Shown here piece by piece: positions 19,848-29,754 of a stretch of DNA of 64,000 bases. The notes below the pieces were generated by a model that was not told the DNA's origin, did no database searches, and saw only the letters and a program-made list of their open reading frames with translations. Numbering within the stretch: the stretch's first letter is position 1; each line of letters opens with the position of its first letter. The DNA is from Candidatus Poseidoniales archaeon (lineage in GTDB: Archaea; Thermoplasmatota; Poseidoniia; Poseidoniales; Poseidoniaceae), in contig QXXX01000073.1 of the NCBI GenBank assembly GCA_009887195.1, positions 2,000 through 65,999 of the forward strand, read 5' to 3'. The position numbers were made by a program, and so were the translations under genes.

Positions 19848-20624
19848 ATGCGACTAGTATCGTGGAACGTAAATGGAATTAGAGCCGCCATAAGAAAGGG
19901 TATTGACGGATATTTTGAGTCGATTGACGCAGATATTTGGATGCTACAAGAGGTTAGAGCCCTACCAGAACAATTACCCAAAAATTGGTCATGGCCAGAA
20001 GGCTATGCTCACCACCTTCACACCGCAGAAAAAAAGGGCTATTCCGGTGTTGCAACAATCTCCCGTAGTCCAATGGAAGTAATTCAAACCGGCAAACCCT
20101 CAGCGGTTGACCCAAATGATTCTGAAGGCAGAATAATTGTCACAAAACATGGTTCAATAACCTGCATCAATACCTATTTGCCAAGCGGTTCAAGCGGCGA
20201 GGAAAGACAGCAATTCAAAGAAACATGGATGGCTGAATGGCGCGAATTCTTGCAACCATATCTAGCGTATGAAACCCCTGTAGTGGTTTGTGGAGACCTT
20301 AATGTCGCTCATACTGAAGATGATATTTGGAATCCTAAAGGCAACGCCAAAATGAGCGGCTTCTTACCGCAAGAACGAGAGTGGTTTTCACAATTATTAG
20401 ACGATGGCTGGCATGACGTGTTTAGGGAGCATGTGGGTCACGGCGTCCAGCAATACAGTTGGTGGTCAAATCGTGGACAAGCTAGAGCAAAAGATAGAGG
20501 CTGGAGAATAGATTATTTCTTGCTTAACCAAGCAGCCAAGAAATTAGTCAAAGATGTCCGCATCGAGCGGCAAGGCGGTCTTGATATTTCTGATCATGCA
20601 CCAGTGATATTAGATCTTAAATGA
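19848..20624 (+). CDS. xth: Exodeoxyribonuclease III / AP endonuclease
   Basis: SWNVNGIRA, LQE, GYSGVA, GDLNVAH, GWRIDY, SDHAP. Confidence 0.95.
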   Translation: MRLVSWNVNGIRAAIRKGIDGYFESIDADIWMLQEVRALPEQLPKNWSWPEGYAHHLHTAEKKGYSGVATISRSPMEVIQTGKPSAVDPNDSEGRIIVTKHGSITCINTYLPSGSSGEERQQFKETWMAEWREFLQPYLAYETPVVVCGDLNVAHTEDDIWNPKGNAKMSGFLPQEREWFSQLLDDGWHDVFREHVGHGVQQYSWWSNRGQARAKDRGWRIDYFLLNQAAKKLVKDVRIERQGGLDISDHAPVILDLK

Positions 20625-20629
20625 AGTCT

Positions 20630-20851
20630 TCAGTGACTTTCCTCAATATCAGCCAAAGCGACCATTAACTCGTCAACCCGATCTCTTAGCGACTGTATTG
20701 AAGAATCTTGGACCACTACTTCTAACTCTACTACTCCATCACTTTCTGTTAACTTTGCCGAGCAACCCGGGCGGCTAGCAGCAGCCAATAATACCGTGCC
20801 TAGCGCAGCATCTCCAGACCATTGGATAGTGGCGGTGTATGATTCGACCAT
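20630..20851 (-). CDS. Small protein resembling KEOPS subunit Pcc1
   Basis: 73 aa. Strand-helix-strand-strand pattern followed by 'QSLRDRVDELM', like the Pcc1 'LRa..n..l' helix. CTCATAT box at -29. Confidence 0.55.
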   Translation of the reverse strand: MVESYTATIQWSGDAALGTVLLAAASRPGCSAKLTESDGVVELEVVVQDSSIQSLRDRVDELMVALADIEESH

Positions 20852-20899
20852 GGCCCTTCGAGGGGGTGGGCTGATATGAGGATGACTCTTGGACTAAAT

Positions 20900-22279
20900 A
20901 TGGCGAAGCAGGAACCAAATTACGAGGTTCTGGCAGGAGCAGGAGGTGTGTCACTTGGTGAGGCACGAACCAATCACCAAGGTCGCCGAGCACTGCTATT
21001 AGTTCGTGGCCTAGAAGACACAAATGAGTTTTGCCAATTGGCTGAAACAATGGGTATAATTATCGTCGAGAAAATTATTCAACCAGGTTCAATTGATGCC
21101 AAGGGCTATTTCGGTAAAGGCAGATTACAAGATGTAGCAGACGAACTTAGATTACGAGTTGACGGTCACCCATGGTCAAAAGTCGATTTGGTATTGATTC
21201 ACACCAATGCAACACCAAGGCAACTTGTTGCTGTGGGTGAGGCCGCAGGAGTAGAGGTTTGGGATAGAGTGCGACTATTACTTTCATTATTTACCTCACA
21301 CGCAAACTCTCTAGAAGCAAGAACGCAGGTTAGAATCGCTAGATTACAATCAGATCGAACCGTACTTAGAGAACTTGCTAATCAAACAACAACCGGGGAG
21401 CGAGCCGGGTATGGTGGGGGCGGTGTGACTGCATTGCAAGCAGTAATTGCTAACATTAATCGCGAATTAACCTCTCTGAGAAAACGCCAGCAAAAGCACT
21501 CAAAAGCCCAAGCTGAGAGACGTCGTCAAAGAATGAGAAGCGGCGCAGTGACCGTTGGGATTGCCGGGTATACCAATGCAGGGAAATCTAGCTTTTTTCT
21601 CAAAATGTCAGGGAAAGAAGTGCTTGTAGAAGATAAACTATTTTCAACTTTAGAGACGACAGTAGGCCGTCTTGCAGCTAGTCCAAGAGTACTACTTGCC
21701 GATACGATTGGGTTTATTGATAATTTACCCAACGCAACCCTCGATGCATTTAGAGCCACACTTGCTGAGGCATTAGAGTGCGATATGTTGCTATTACTCG
21801 TCGATGCGACAGACGAAATTAGTGAATTTGAAAGAAAACTTTCCGCAACTAGACGAGAAATTAATGCCAGGTATCTTAGCGAGGATCAAACAGAAGAAAT
21901 CTTGTCTGAGCGGAAAATAATGTGTGTTTTAACCAAGATTGAATCTTTAAAGCCCGAAGAACTTGCGCAAAAAGAAGCCAAGGTAATCGATTATGGGTAT
22001 GGCCAACCAATGTCTATTTCAGTCCATGAAAACCTTGGAATCAACGAATTACAAAACGAGATGCTGGCTTTGCTATTTGGCCAACCCGCAACTTTAGTAC
22101 TTATTCCAGCAGACGCGGGGAGAGATATTGAAGGGTATGTTGCAGATGTATATGATGCTGCAATGGTTATTGACAAAACTGTAGATAAAAAGGGAGTAAT
22201 CACAATGCAAGTTTGGATTAGCGACCAATCTCTTGCTAGACTCATTGCTAATTCTAAAGGACGCATTGGAGTCAAGTAG
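20900..22279 (+). CDS. hflX: Ribosome-splitting GTPase HflX
   Basis: YFGKG, GYTNAGKS, DKLFSTL, DTIGFI; G4 reads TKIE. Start placed at ATG 20900. Confidence 0.9.
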   Translation: MAKQEPNYEVLAGAGGVSLGEARTNHQGRRALLLVRGLEDTNEFCQLAETMGIIIVEKIIQPGSIDAKGYFGKGRLQDVADELRLRVDGHPWSKVDLVLIHTNATPRQLVAVGEAAGVEVWDRVRLLLSLFTSHANSLEARTQVRIARLQSDRTVLRELANQTTTGERAGYGGGGVTALQAVIANINRELTSLRKRQQKHSKAQAERRRQRMRSGAVTVGIAGYTNAGKSSFFLKMSGKEVLVEDKLFSTLETTVGRLAASPRVLLADTIGFIDNLPNATLDAFRATLAEALECDMLLLLVDATDEISEFERKLSATRREINARYLSEDQTEEILSERKIMCVLTKIESLKPEELAQKEAKVIDYGYGQPMSISVHENLGINELQNEMLALLFGQPATLVLIPADAGRDIEGYVADVYDAAMVIDKTVDKKGVITMQVWISDQSLARLIANSKGRIGVK

Positions 22280-22299
22280 GAAGAAGTTCTAGCAATTTC

Positions 22300-23187
22300 A
22301 TGGGCGAAGACGACTTGTCGGATTCGGACTATATCGATGAGTTAACCGGGCTTGTTGAACCAACCGGCAACTTGATGTTTACAACAACAGAAAGCAAGCT
22401 GACCATTGAGGTTAACGAACTAACCAGAGTAGGCCATTCAATAGCAGTTCTAGTTCTCATAACTTGCTTACTTGGCTTAGCTAACGGGCTTGATTTCACA
22501 CAACCCGAATCAGGACTTGTAAGGCCAGATGAGTTTGTATTCCGATTTGCTCAAAATGCACCTGATGAATCTGCTATTTTTAACGGCCATGTATATGATG
22601 ACCAAGGTGAACCAATCGACAATGCAACAGTCTACATCTCTTGGTATGAGGGCGATTTTTGGAACACTAGTTCAACCGAAACGAGTGGTGATGGATTTTT
22701 TGAAATTGAGTTATTAGATCCTGGAATTACTCGAGTAGACATAATAGTTGATAGAAACGACTTCAAAGATCGCTATTCTAACCGAGTACTACTATCTCCT
22801 CCGGCATTATTTGAGCCCATAGGTTTCACTAGTATTGATTTCAACATCCCTTCTCAACAGACGTTTGCTGACCAGCCATGTGCCGATGGTACAACAAACT
22901 GTACAATTAGAGAAATTGATAATTCAGCCAAACAAATGGACCACCCGCTTATGGATTCAGGGGCGTCGATGATTTATTCGACAATCGGCATTGGTTTTGT
23001 CAGTTTGGCGGTCATTGCAGCAGGATTCGCTATTTGGTCGATGAAAACAGGATCTGTTTACTTACTTCGAACAGCTTCAGTGTTGTCATTTTTTACTATG
23101 GGGCATTACTATTCAGCCTGTATGTTTAGTTTAGTTGCCTTCATCCTAACCTTTACCATCAGCAAACCACGCCGTACACTCAAGTAA
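22300..23187 (+). CDS. Membrane protein with a carboxypeptidase-regulatory-like (transthyretin-fold) domain
   Basis: N-terminal TM, GHVYDDQGEPIDNATV...TSGDGFF motif, C-terminal TMs. Confidence 0.7.
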   Translation: MGEDDLSDSDYIDELTGLVEPTGNLMFTTTESKLTIEVNELTRVGHSIAVLVLITCLLGLANGLDFTQPESGLVRPDEFVFRFAQNAPDESAIFNGHVYDDQGEPIDNATVYISWYEGDFWNTSSTETSGDGFFEIELLDPGITRVDIIVDRNDFKDRYSNRVLLSPPALFEPIGFTSIDFNIPSQQTFADQPCADGTTNCTIREIDNSAKQMDHPLMDSGASMIYSTIGIGFVSLAVIAAGFAIWSMKTGSVYLLRTASVLSFFTMGHYYSACMFSLVAFILTFTISKPRRTLK

Positions 23188-23245
23188 GCAAAACCTTGAG
23201 CAATCTTCCGTCTGTATTATCACCTCTAACAGCCTAACAGGCTCT

Positions 23246-24316
23246 ATGAACATGATTGGCGCATGTTGGATGACCCGCCTGCTGGGTGAACCCGTGTCAT
23301 CATTATCAATTGATGAATCCAACGACATCATTGCCGGTGGGTGGAGCGGTGTGCTGTCATATTGGGACTGTGATGGCGACAATAGTTGGTCAACCAAGTT
23401 GCCAGACAGAATAGGATGCATCATATCTAATCAAGAATTTGTATTTGCCACAGCAGGCCTACACATCGTGGCAGTGAGCCGAACTTCCGGCGAGGTGTTG
23501 TGGCAATTTGCTCTTGAAGGTAGTGCGGATGAGGTGGTAATTCACGGAGAACGTGTTTATGCTACGTCCTCAGTTTACGATATAGAGCACAATGATTTTA
23601 TCGATTCAGCAGTTTGGTGTTTTTCCTTTGATGGAGAACACCTGTGGACCAAGCACATGGATGAGCGCCCATGGACCATTTTTCCCGACAATAAAGCGGT
23701 AATCATAGGCCTTGGAAGGCCAAAAATGGGCATAGCAATAATCAATCAAGATGGAGATTTAAACTATCAACAACTAGACTCCAATTCACCAGTTACCTTT
23801 GGTGGATTAATTGGTAGTAGGCCGTTGTTTGGCCATGCTAATGGAGATATATCTTCCATCGACGGTAACATTACTAGTATAACAGGTGAATCAATTGAAG
23901 GGGTTTTAACAGATAACCAAGAAAACCTAATCGTTGTTGCAGAACATTCAGTTCAATCTTTTAATAACAATCAATCTCTATTATGGGTGATGAAAAACCT
24001 CCAAACATCAGGCCATGCAATAGGTTTTGAGATAAATAATATCCAGACCTTCTGGTGTGCACAGCCTGATGGATTAAACGGGACACTGAAAGTTATCTCT
24101 TGTGATAGCGGGCAACAAATCACAGCAATGAGTTGTAGTAAGATAAGCAATATCGTGGCTAGTGGCAACCGTGTTGTTGTTGGCAACGAAGCGGGTGAAG
24201 TTCTCGTTTGGGATGCAGATATGCTAAACAGAAGACTTGAGGGAGATATTGATCCAGCCCAAGACGACCGTAAAAGAGCCATGCGCGACCGTCTTAAAGC
24301 GCTGAAGAAGCGCTAA
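23246..24316 (+). CDS. PQQ-like beta-propeller protein (no signal peptide)
   Basis: Repeated G...W blade motifs (SGEVLW, DGEHLW, GEVLVWD) and a basic C-terminal helix. Confidence 0.7.
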   Translation: MNMIGACWMTRLLGEPVSSLSIDESNDIIAGGWSGVLSYWDCDGDNSWSTKLPDRIGCIISNQEFVFATAGLHIVAVSRTSGEVLWQFALEGSADEVVIHGERVYATSSVYDIEHNDFIDSAVWCFSFDGEHLWTKHMDERPWTIFPDNKAVIIGLGRPKMGIAIINQDGDLNYQQLDSNSPVTFGGLIGSRPLFGHANGDISSIDGNITSITGESIEGVLTDNQENLIVVAEHSVQSFNNNQSLLWVMKNLQTSGHAIGFEINNIQTFWCAQPDGLNGTLKVISCDSGQQITAMSCSKISNIVASGNRVVVGNEAGEVLVWDADMLNRRLEGDIDPAQDDRKRAMRDRLKALKKR

Positions 24317-25076
24317 TATCTACCTGATCTTCTAGCCCAATCATCTCAATAATCTTGTACATCCACTCTAGTTTCATCATTTTTTGGTCGATATTGGTAT
24401 TACCTGACCATTGGCCAATTTGCCCAGTCGAAAATCCAACGAGCTTTATCTTGTCTAATGTCACACCTAGCCCTATTGCTAAACACACAGCACGATCACC
24501 ATCAGTAAAGCCGCCATAATTAACCAAACCGTCTACAAATTGATCGACTTGATGAGTCAATATTAGACTCGGCTGAGTCGCATATCTGTTCCATTTATCA
24601 AGCGTTTTTTGCCATCTTTGCTGGTTATCTCCGTGGGCATGAGCGACAAAAAGAACGCCGCATTTGGCGACTGCATCAAGATGAGGGTTACCATCAAAAT
24701 CGGTCACTACACAGGCTAGGTTAGGATGGTTGGCAATTGCACCAACCGACCCATCCGCCGCAATAATCGCGCAATTTTGTAAGTTAACAGTTGACAGTTC
24801 TTCGTCAGTTACAGATGCCCCGACAATGATAACTTGACCACTTTCCGTGAGAGTTTTCTGTAAATTATTTTTATTAATATCTCGATTTTCTGTTGACCAT
24901 TTTTCAACACCATAAGGGCGCTGCGTCGAAAACAATTTACTCATTAGATTAGCACTTGATAAATCATCATTATAGTTCCAACCAAAGTAATCTCTTACCA
25001 CAGACTGCACTTGTATTAATGCCAGGGCTAACTCTTCAGTCACAACCCTGCCAGATGAATCAACCAAATGAACCAT
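24294..25076 (-). CDS. mptE: 6-hydroxymethyl-7,8-dihydropterin pyrophosphokinase
   Basis: IAADGS, VVTDFDG, HAHGDN, GGFTDGDRA, KMMKLEW. Start placed at ATG 25076. Confidence 0.85.
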   Translation of the reverse strand: MVHLVDSSGRVVTEELALALIQVQSVVRDYFGWNYNDDLSSANLMSKLFSTQRPYGVEKWSTENRDINKNNLQKTLTESGQVIIVGASVTDEELSTVNLQNCAIIAADGSVGAIANHPNLACVVTDFDGNPHLDAVAKCGVLFVAHAHGDNQQRWQKTLDKWNRYATQPSLILTHQVDQFVDGLVNYGGFTDGDRAVCLAIGLGVTLDKIKLVGFSTGQIGQWSGNTNIDQKMMKLEWMYKIIEMIGLEDQVDISASSAL

Positions 25077-25119
25077 TATCATGGTGGTATTGATATGGGT
25101 CTTAGAATGTCGAGTCCTC

Positions 25120-26382
25120 ATGCCGACTCCAAAAGTCACCCCTTCAATAGAGGATGCTGTGACTTTAGCTAGGTACCCATTCCTTCCTCAGGCCGCGTCT
25201 TGGATACAAAATTTAGCCCTCGACCATGAAATAGATTTGGAGGAGCTATTGGAAGGCCAGTGGATGGAAAAAGCCAGACAAAGGGCCCGCATCAGATTGA
25301 TAGATTCGATTGAATCAAAGGAAGGAGTTGCCGTTGTTGGCGGGGATATTTTTACTGAAGAAGGCCGAATAATTGAAGCATTTTCATTTTATTATGCCCG
25401 TCTGGTAGTATTTGCCTCCGAAGATGAACGACTGATTTCACGCTGGGCACAAGCTGAGGCAACACGCGCTGAACAGATTCTAACTAGAGATTCTGAAAAT
25501 CTGGTAAAAATTGCTAAAACGTTTATTTCGCAAATCGAAAAAGATGAGCAATCGGTTGCACCCTTACAATCAAGTAATCGGGCAAGTGTACGAAAAATTA
25601 GGCAAAGCCAAGACGGCAGTATATGGAAAATTGGCCTTGCTGATTTTATTGAGATATGCCCAAAGATTACCGGCTCAAGGTGGCGCCTAGCAAATAATCA
25701 GGTTAGTGCAGGAAAAGTAACGCTGTTCAACGAACAACAATATTCCTCATCAGCAAAACTAGCCAGATTACTCAGGGAGCGAATAAAGCAACACATAGAA
25801 CAAGAAGCACTTGAAAAGATGAAAAATATCGACATGGAACTTGCCATGCGCCTTGCAGAGCCTGTGGGGATGGTTAGAAACCTAATGGCAAGCAAAGCTA
25901 GTGAGGCAATTGCTCTAGTCGGGGCAGAAGAATCAGACTGGCCACCTTGCATGAGAAACATAATTGCAGAATTAACCAATGGAGTAAATGTTAACCACTT
26001 TGGCCGATTATTCCTTGCTTCAATATCAGCAGCCTTAGCCTTGCCCGAAGAATCCTGCGTTGGATTTTTCAAAGGAGCGCCCGACTTTAAAGAATCAACG
26101 ACTTCCTATCAAGTAAAACACGTATATGAGGGGTCATACACGCCTGCTGGATGTAGTAAATTGAAATTAAATCACAATTGTCCCGTGCTGCCGGGAGACG
26201 ACCGTTTATGCGACATCTCATGGATGGATCATCCACTAAAATATATCCGGGCAACACAACGTTGGAAGGCAAAAAACCGTAAAGTGGAAGTCGAGGTTCG
26301 ACCAGACGATTCACCAATTGATGGGGAACAAATCAATCAATCGGAAATAAAAGATTCCGTAGCAGAACCTGCCGAATCATAA
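25120..26382 (+). CDS. priL: DNA primase large subunit
   Basis: LARYPFL, WRLAN, WPPCM, APDF, YQVKH, YTPAGC...C...C...HPL Fe-S ligands. Start placed at ATG 25120. Confidence 0.9.
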   Translation: MPTPKVTPSIEDAVTLARYPFLPQAASWIQNLALDHEIDLEELLEGQWMEKARQRARIRLIDSIESKEGVAVVGGDIFTEEGRIIEAFSFYYARLVVFASEDERLISRWAQAEATRAEQILTRDSENLVKIAKTFISQIEKDEQSVAPLQSSNRASVRKIRQSQDGSIWKIGLADFIEICPKITGSRWRLANNQVSAGKVTLFNEQQYSSSAKLARLLRERIKQHIEQEALEKMKNIDMELAMRLAEPVGMVRNLMASKASEAIALVGAEESDWPPCMRNIIAELTNGVNVNHFGRLFLASISAALALPEESCVGFFKGAPDFKESTTSYQVKHVYEGSYTPAGCSKLKLNHNCPVLPGDDRLCDISWMDHPLKYIRATQRWKAKNRKVEVEVRPDDSPIDGEQINQSEIKDSVAEPAES

Positions 26383-26445
26383 TCAAATCGCGCGAAGGAT
26401 TTGAATCGTAAGACGATTTAGCACGTACATCCTAAGGTGAATTCT

Positions 26446-27564
26446 ATGACTCGAACGCTCGTTTTGACAGTTGATCGTGACAACGATCTTGGTATTAAAA
26501 CCGCTATTAGAGGGCCTGTAGTAGGGCGCCGTCAAGTGCTTACAGCCGCACTAAAACTTGGTATTGCCGATCCAGAAGAAAGCGACACAAATGCAATTTT
26601 AGGTGCATTATCGCAACACGACAACTTATCAGAATCACTCGGGGATGATGATGAGGTTGAAATCGCTATCCTTACCGGTGATGAAAAAGTGGGGATTCGT
26701 TCAGACCGAGCCATTGCTGCACAACTCGAAGAAATAGTTACCACATTTCAACCAGATAAAGCAATTCTAGTAACCGATGGCGCTGAAGACGAATCGGTAT
26801 TGCCGATTATTCAGTCCCAAGTAAGAATTGATCACGTCGAGAAAATAATCGTCAAACAATCAAAAGGTATCGAAGGCACTTATTATTACATCGTTAAGGC
26901 TCTAGAGGATCCTAAATGGCGAGCTAAGATTATGATTCCATTTGGACTTGTACTGGCGATATTGGGGCTTGGAATAATGCTGCCTGCAGAAATAGGTGGC
27001 ATTGTGATTGGTGCACTTCCATTAGTCTCTGGGCTGTATATCTTCAGCAAGGGTGCAGGAATCGAGACAACGGTAAATCGGGTAATTCAGGAAATGCGAG
27101 ACAACGCAGACGCAGCAATGTTCTCCTCATTATTGTGGACCGCCACCTTGTTCAGTGCAATATTTGCCGTAGCTGAAGGTTATCGAGCTTATACAAATCT
27201 AGTGACTGATAGTTCAAATTCGATACTATGGCTTGAGGTTACCCATGCAGCTTTGGCGTGGATAGTTATTGCGTTCTTAACCTCAACAGCAGGATTTATG
27301 TTTTTACGCCTTAGACGCGGTTCTTTTTCTGGGCGATTAATAGTATTGAGTATATTTGGCATGGTGGTTTATTCATTCGTAGATTCAGCTTTACAAATCT
27401 CAACAAATGTTCTCAATGGAGAATCGTATGAATTTAGTGTCAATCAAATCTTGACAGATTTGGCATATCCACTGATTTGGGTAGTTGTGCTATGGATGGC
27501 CACGACCATCAAGAATTCATTACAAGCCAAACAAGCCCAGTCAGACCGCTACTGGGGAATTTAA
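26446..27564 (+). CDS. DUF373 family membrane protein
   Basis: LVLTVDRDNDLG, DPEESDTNA, VTDGAEDE, IEGTYY, followed by TM helices. SD AGGTGA precedes ATG 26446. Confidence 0.85.
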   Translation: MTRTLVLTVDRDNDLGIKTAIRGPVVGRRQVLTAALKLGIADPEESDTNAILGALSQHDNLSESLGDDDEVEIAILTGDEKVGIRSDRAIAAQLEEIVTTFQPDKAILVTDGAEDESVLPIIQSQVRIDHVEKIIVKQSKGIEGTYYYIVKALEDPKWRAKIMIPFGLVLAILGLGIMLPAEIGGIVIGALPLVSGLYIFSKGAGIETTVNRVIQEMRDNADAAMFSSLLWTATLFSAIFAVAEGYRAYTNLVTDSSNSILWLEVTHAALAWIVIAFLTSTAGFMFLRLRRGSFSGRLIVLSIFGMVVYSFVDSALQISTNVLNGESYEFSVNQILTDLAYPLIWVVVLWMATTIKNSLQAKQAQSDRYWGI

Positions 27565-28047
27565 TCACAGAATAAAGCGTGGTAAGTTCTTAGCCATTGT
27601 TTTGTGACCCACAACACCAATCAAGACTCCTTGTTGGTTTACCACTGCAACCTGATTTAAGTCATGAGTTAGCATTAGTGCCCCAGCTTTTAGCAGGGGA
27701 GTATTTGATTTCACTGTCAGCGGTGGCAAATTGATTAGTTGCTTTGCTGGGACGCTCAACATCCAAGCAACCGAACGTTCAACATTCTTTTTTGCGACAA
27801 TCTTCAGTACATCGACTGCATGAATTCTCCCCATTGGGACACCTTCCTTGTTAACAACGAAAACGTGGTCCCAATTATTTTGCGTCAGATCGTCTAAAAC
27901 ATCAGCCATAGTATCGTTAGCAAAAACCCAGTTTGCATCAGTCATAGTTTCTCTACAACTGATACTCCTAACGGCTTTAGACCGTTCTTGTGGAGTCATA
28001 TTCTCCAATTTATCACGTACTGTTTTGCGCATTTTTGTCCTACTCAT
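27565..28047 (-). CDS. CBS-pair domain protein
   Basis: Two CBS motifs (VFVVNKEGVPMGRI, VAVVNQQGVLIGVV). Confidence 0.85.
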   Translation of the reverse strand: MSRTKMRKTVRDKLENMTPQERSKAVRSISCRETMTDANWVFANDTMADVLDDLTQNNWDHVFVVNKEGVPMGRIHAVDVLKIVAKKNVERSVAWMLSVPAKQLINLPPLTVKSNTPLLKAGALMLTHDLNQVAVVNQQGVLIGVVGHKTMAKNLPRFIL

Positions 28048-28191
28048 ACCTAGGCCCCTTAACCCGTGGCCGACGACAATCTGTTTTGAACTCTTCCAAT
28101 ATATATATCATATATTTGCCCTGTTTTTGCAAATTTCCCCCTTGCTCAAAGTAGGTAAATGCTCTAAAACAAAGATAACCCCCATTACACT

Positions 28192-28542
28192 ATGACGATT
28201 ATCTCCCCCGATGAATACACGCTTCTTATGGCAGCACCAGATTATGAGAGAAACTTGCAAGCGGTTAACATTGGTAAAAAGTACGGCCTAACATCAAACC
28301 AAATATTGTCAATGTTGCCACTCAAGCAACCCCTAGGCCAACAACGAATTAATACCACACTGCCATCAACCAGTAACTACCGATTCGAATATGACCCTAG
28401 TCAAGATGCTTCACAACGACGTCAACAAGTAAGTCAGGCAATTAATTGCCCAGGGTGCGGAGCTGCACTAGGCATCCCAGCGGTTCGACCAATCAAGGTT
28501 ACCTGCCCCCAATGTCAACTCGAATCAACCTTCATGGAATAA
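28192..28542 (+). CDS. Hypothetical protein with C-terminal zinc ribbon
   Basis: CPGC...CPQC at the C-terminus. Confidence 0.7.
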   Translation: MTIISPDEYTLLMAAPDYERNLQAVNIGKKYGLTSNQILSMLPLKQPLGQQRINTTLPSTSNYRFEYDPSQDASQRRQQVSQAINCPGCGAALGIPAVRPIKVTCPQCQLESTFME

Positions 28543-28579
28543 TCGGCGTATTCAAGAACATAAACTTCGAGGCCACTAC

Positions 28580-29389
28580 ATGGAGAAGATGAATGCCTCT
28601 ATGTGGCAATATACTCCCAACAATTCACCACACCCGTTGCCAAAAAGCTCGTTCATTATTTCCAATCAAGAAATTCTCTCGCTTAATTTACCGCAAATGA
28701 CCGAACATGAGATGGCTATTGATAGCATCAAAGAAGCGGTTGCTAATGCTATGGTTGGACAAGAAAAATTAAGTGAACATTTGACAAACAATACTGCTCC
28801 CTCAATGGCTGATAGAAAACCCCTATTGCTTCTTGGAGAGTTAGCAAACCCGTTTCAATTAGCCCGTCTTGGGCTTGGAATAATACCAGTGGTTACAGTT
28901 AGGATTAGAGATCTGTGCCGTACATATGCAGACAGTCTCGATTCACGCTTGATACAACCTGGCATTCATCACATTACAATGGCTAGATCGAAGGGGTGGT
29001 GGGAATTGACCCATCTTAGCTTTGTTACTGTTCAGCAAATGAAGTCAATGATACAATGGCTGGGCAATGGCGCAAGTACCGATTGGCGACCAGTAAAGCC
29101 TAATGAGGGGGAAATAATGTTAGAATTCGACCCTGAACTCAGGCACCCAACCATGGAATCGATGTCTTCGCAAGGCAATATCGAGATATGCAACGATGTA
29201 GAACCAGACCAAAACGGGCCTAAATTTGACATAAACCAAGTAATTGTTCCAGTCCATACTAGGTATGGATGTTATGATAGTAGAGGGAAGATCATTCGAA
29301 ATTATCATATCGGTCAAAGAGACTTTCATTCAAACTATTTTAGAAAAGGCTCTTCCATGAAATGGCAGGACATTTTGACAACTCTCTAA
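28580..29389 (+). CDS. Hypothetical protein
   Basis: 269-aa ORF, no recognised motif, TTCAAGA box at -29. Confidence 0.7.
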   Translation: MEKMNASMWQYTPNNSPHPLPKSSFIISNQEILSLNLPQMTEHEMAIDSIKEAVANAMVGQEKLSEHLTNNTAPSMADRKPLLLLGELANPFQLARLGLGIIPVVTVRIRDLCRTYADSLDSRLIQPGIHHITMARSKGWWELTHLSFVTVQQMKSMIQWLGNGASTDWRPVKPNEGEIMLEFDPELRHPTMESMSSQGNIEICNDVEPDQNGPKFDINQVIVPVHTRYGCYDSRGKIIRNYHIGQRDFHSNYFRKGSSMKWQDILTTL

Positions 29390-29456
29390 ACACTCACACT
29401 GGGGGCCCAAGGATATCCCAATTTAGCAATTATATATCTTGCAAGCGTAATAATAT

Positions 29457-29717
29457 ATGATACAAATGAGAGGGAAAGGAAGTCAAAAAGAAGCCAGACT
29501 AGAACGGCTAAAGGAAGAGATAATTGAATACATTGCAGTCGTTCCAGACTGTTCTGCAGCAGACATAGTTCATTATCTATCCAATGAGCGTAGAATGCGT
29601 AATCATGGCCTAACAACAAGAAAGGTAGGGCTATTTATCCCACGATATTTATCTGATATTATAGGCTTCAAATTAGACAATACTACAGGCAAGAGGCTGT
29701 ACAGGGTGGCTGCATAA
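29457..29717 (+). CDS. Small basic winged-helix-like protein
   Basis: EEIIEYI...SAADIVHYL...TTRKVGLFI helices plus a C-terminal hairpin ending KRLY. Canonical TATA upstream. Confidence 0.65.
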   Translation: MIQMRGKGSQKEARLERLKEEIIEYIAVVPDCSAADIVHYLSNERRMRNHGLTTRKVGLFIPRYLSDIIGFKLDNTTGKRLYRVAA

Positions 29718-29754
29718 ACGGCAGATTCATTGGCATAGACCTTTTCGGACAACC

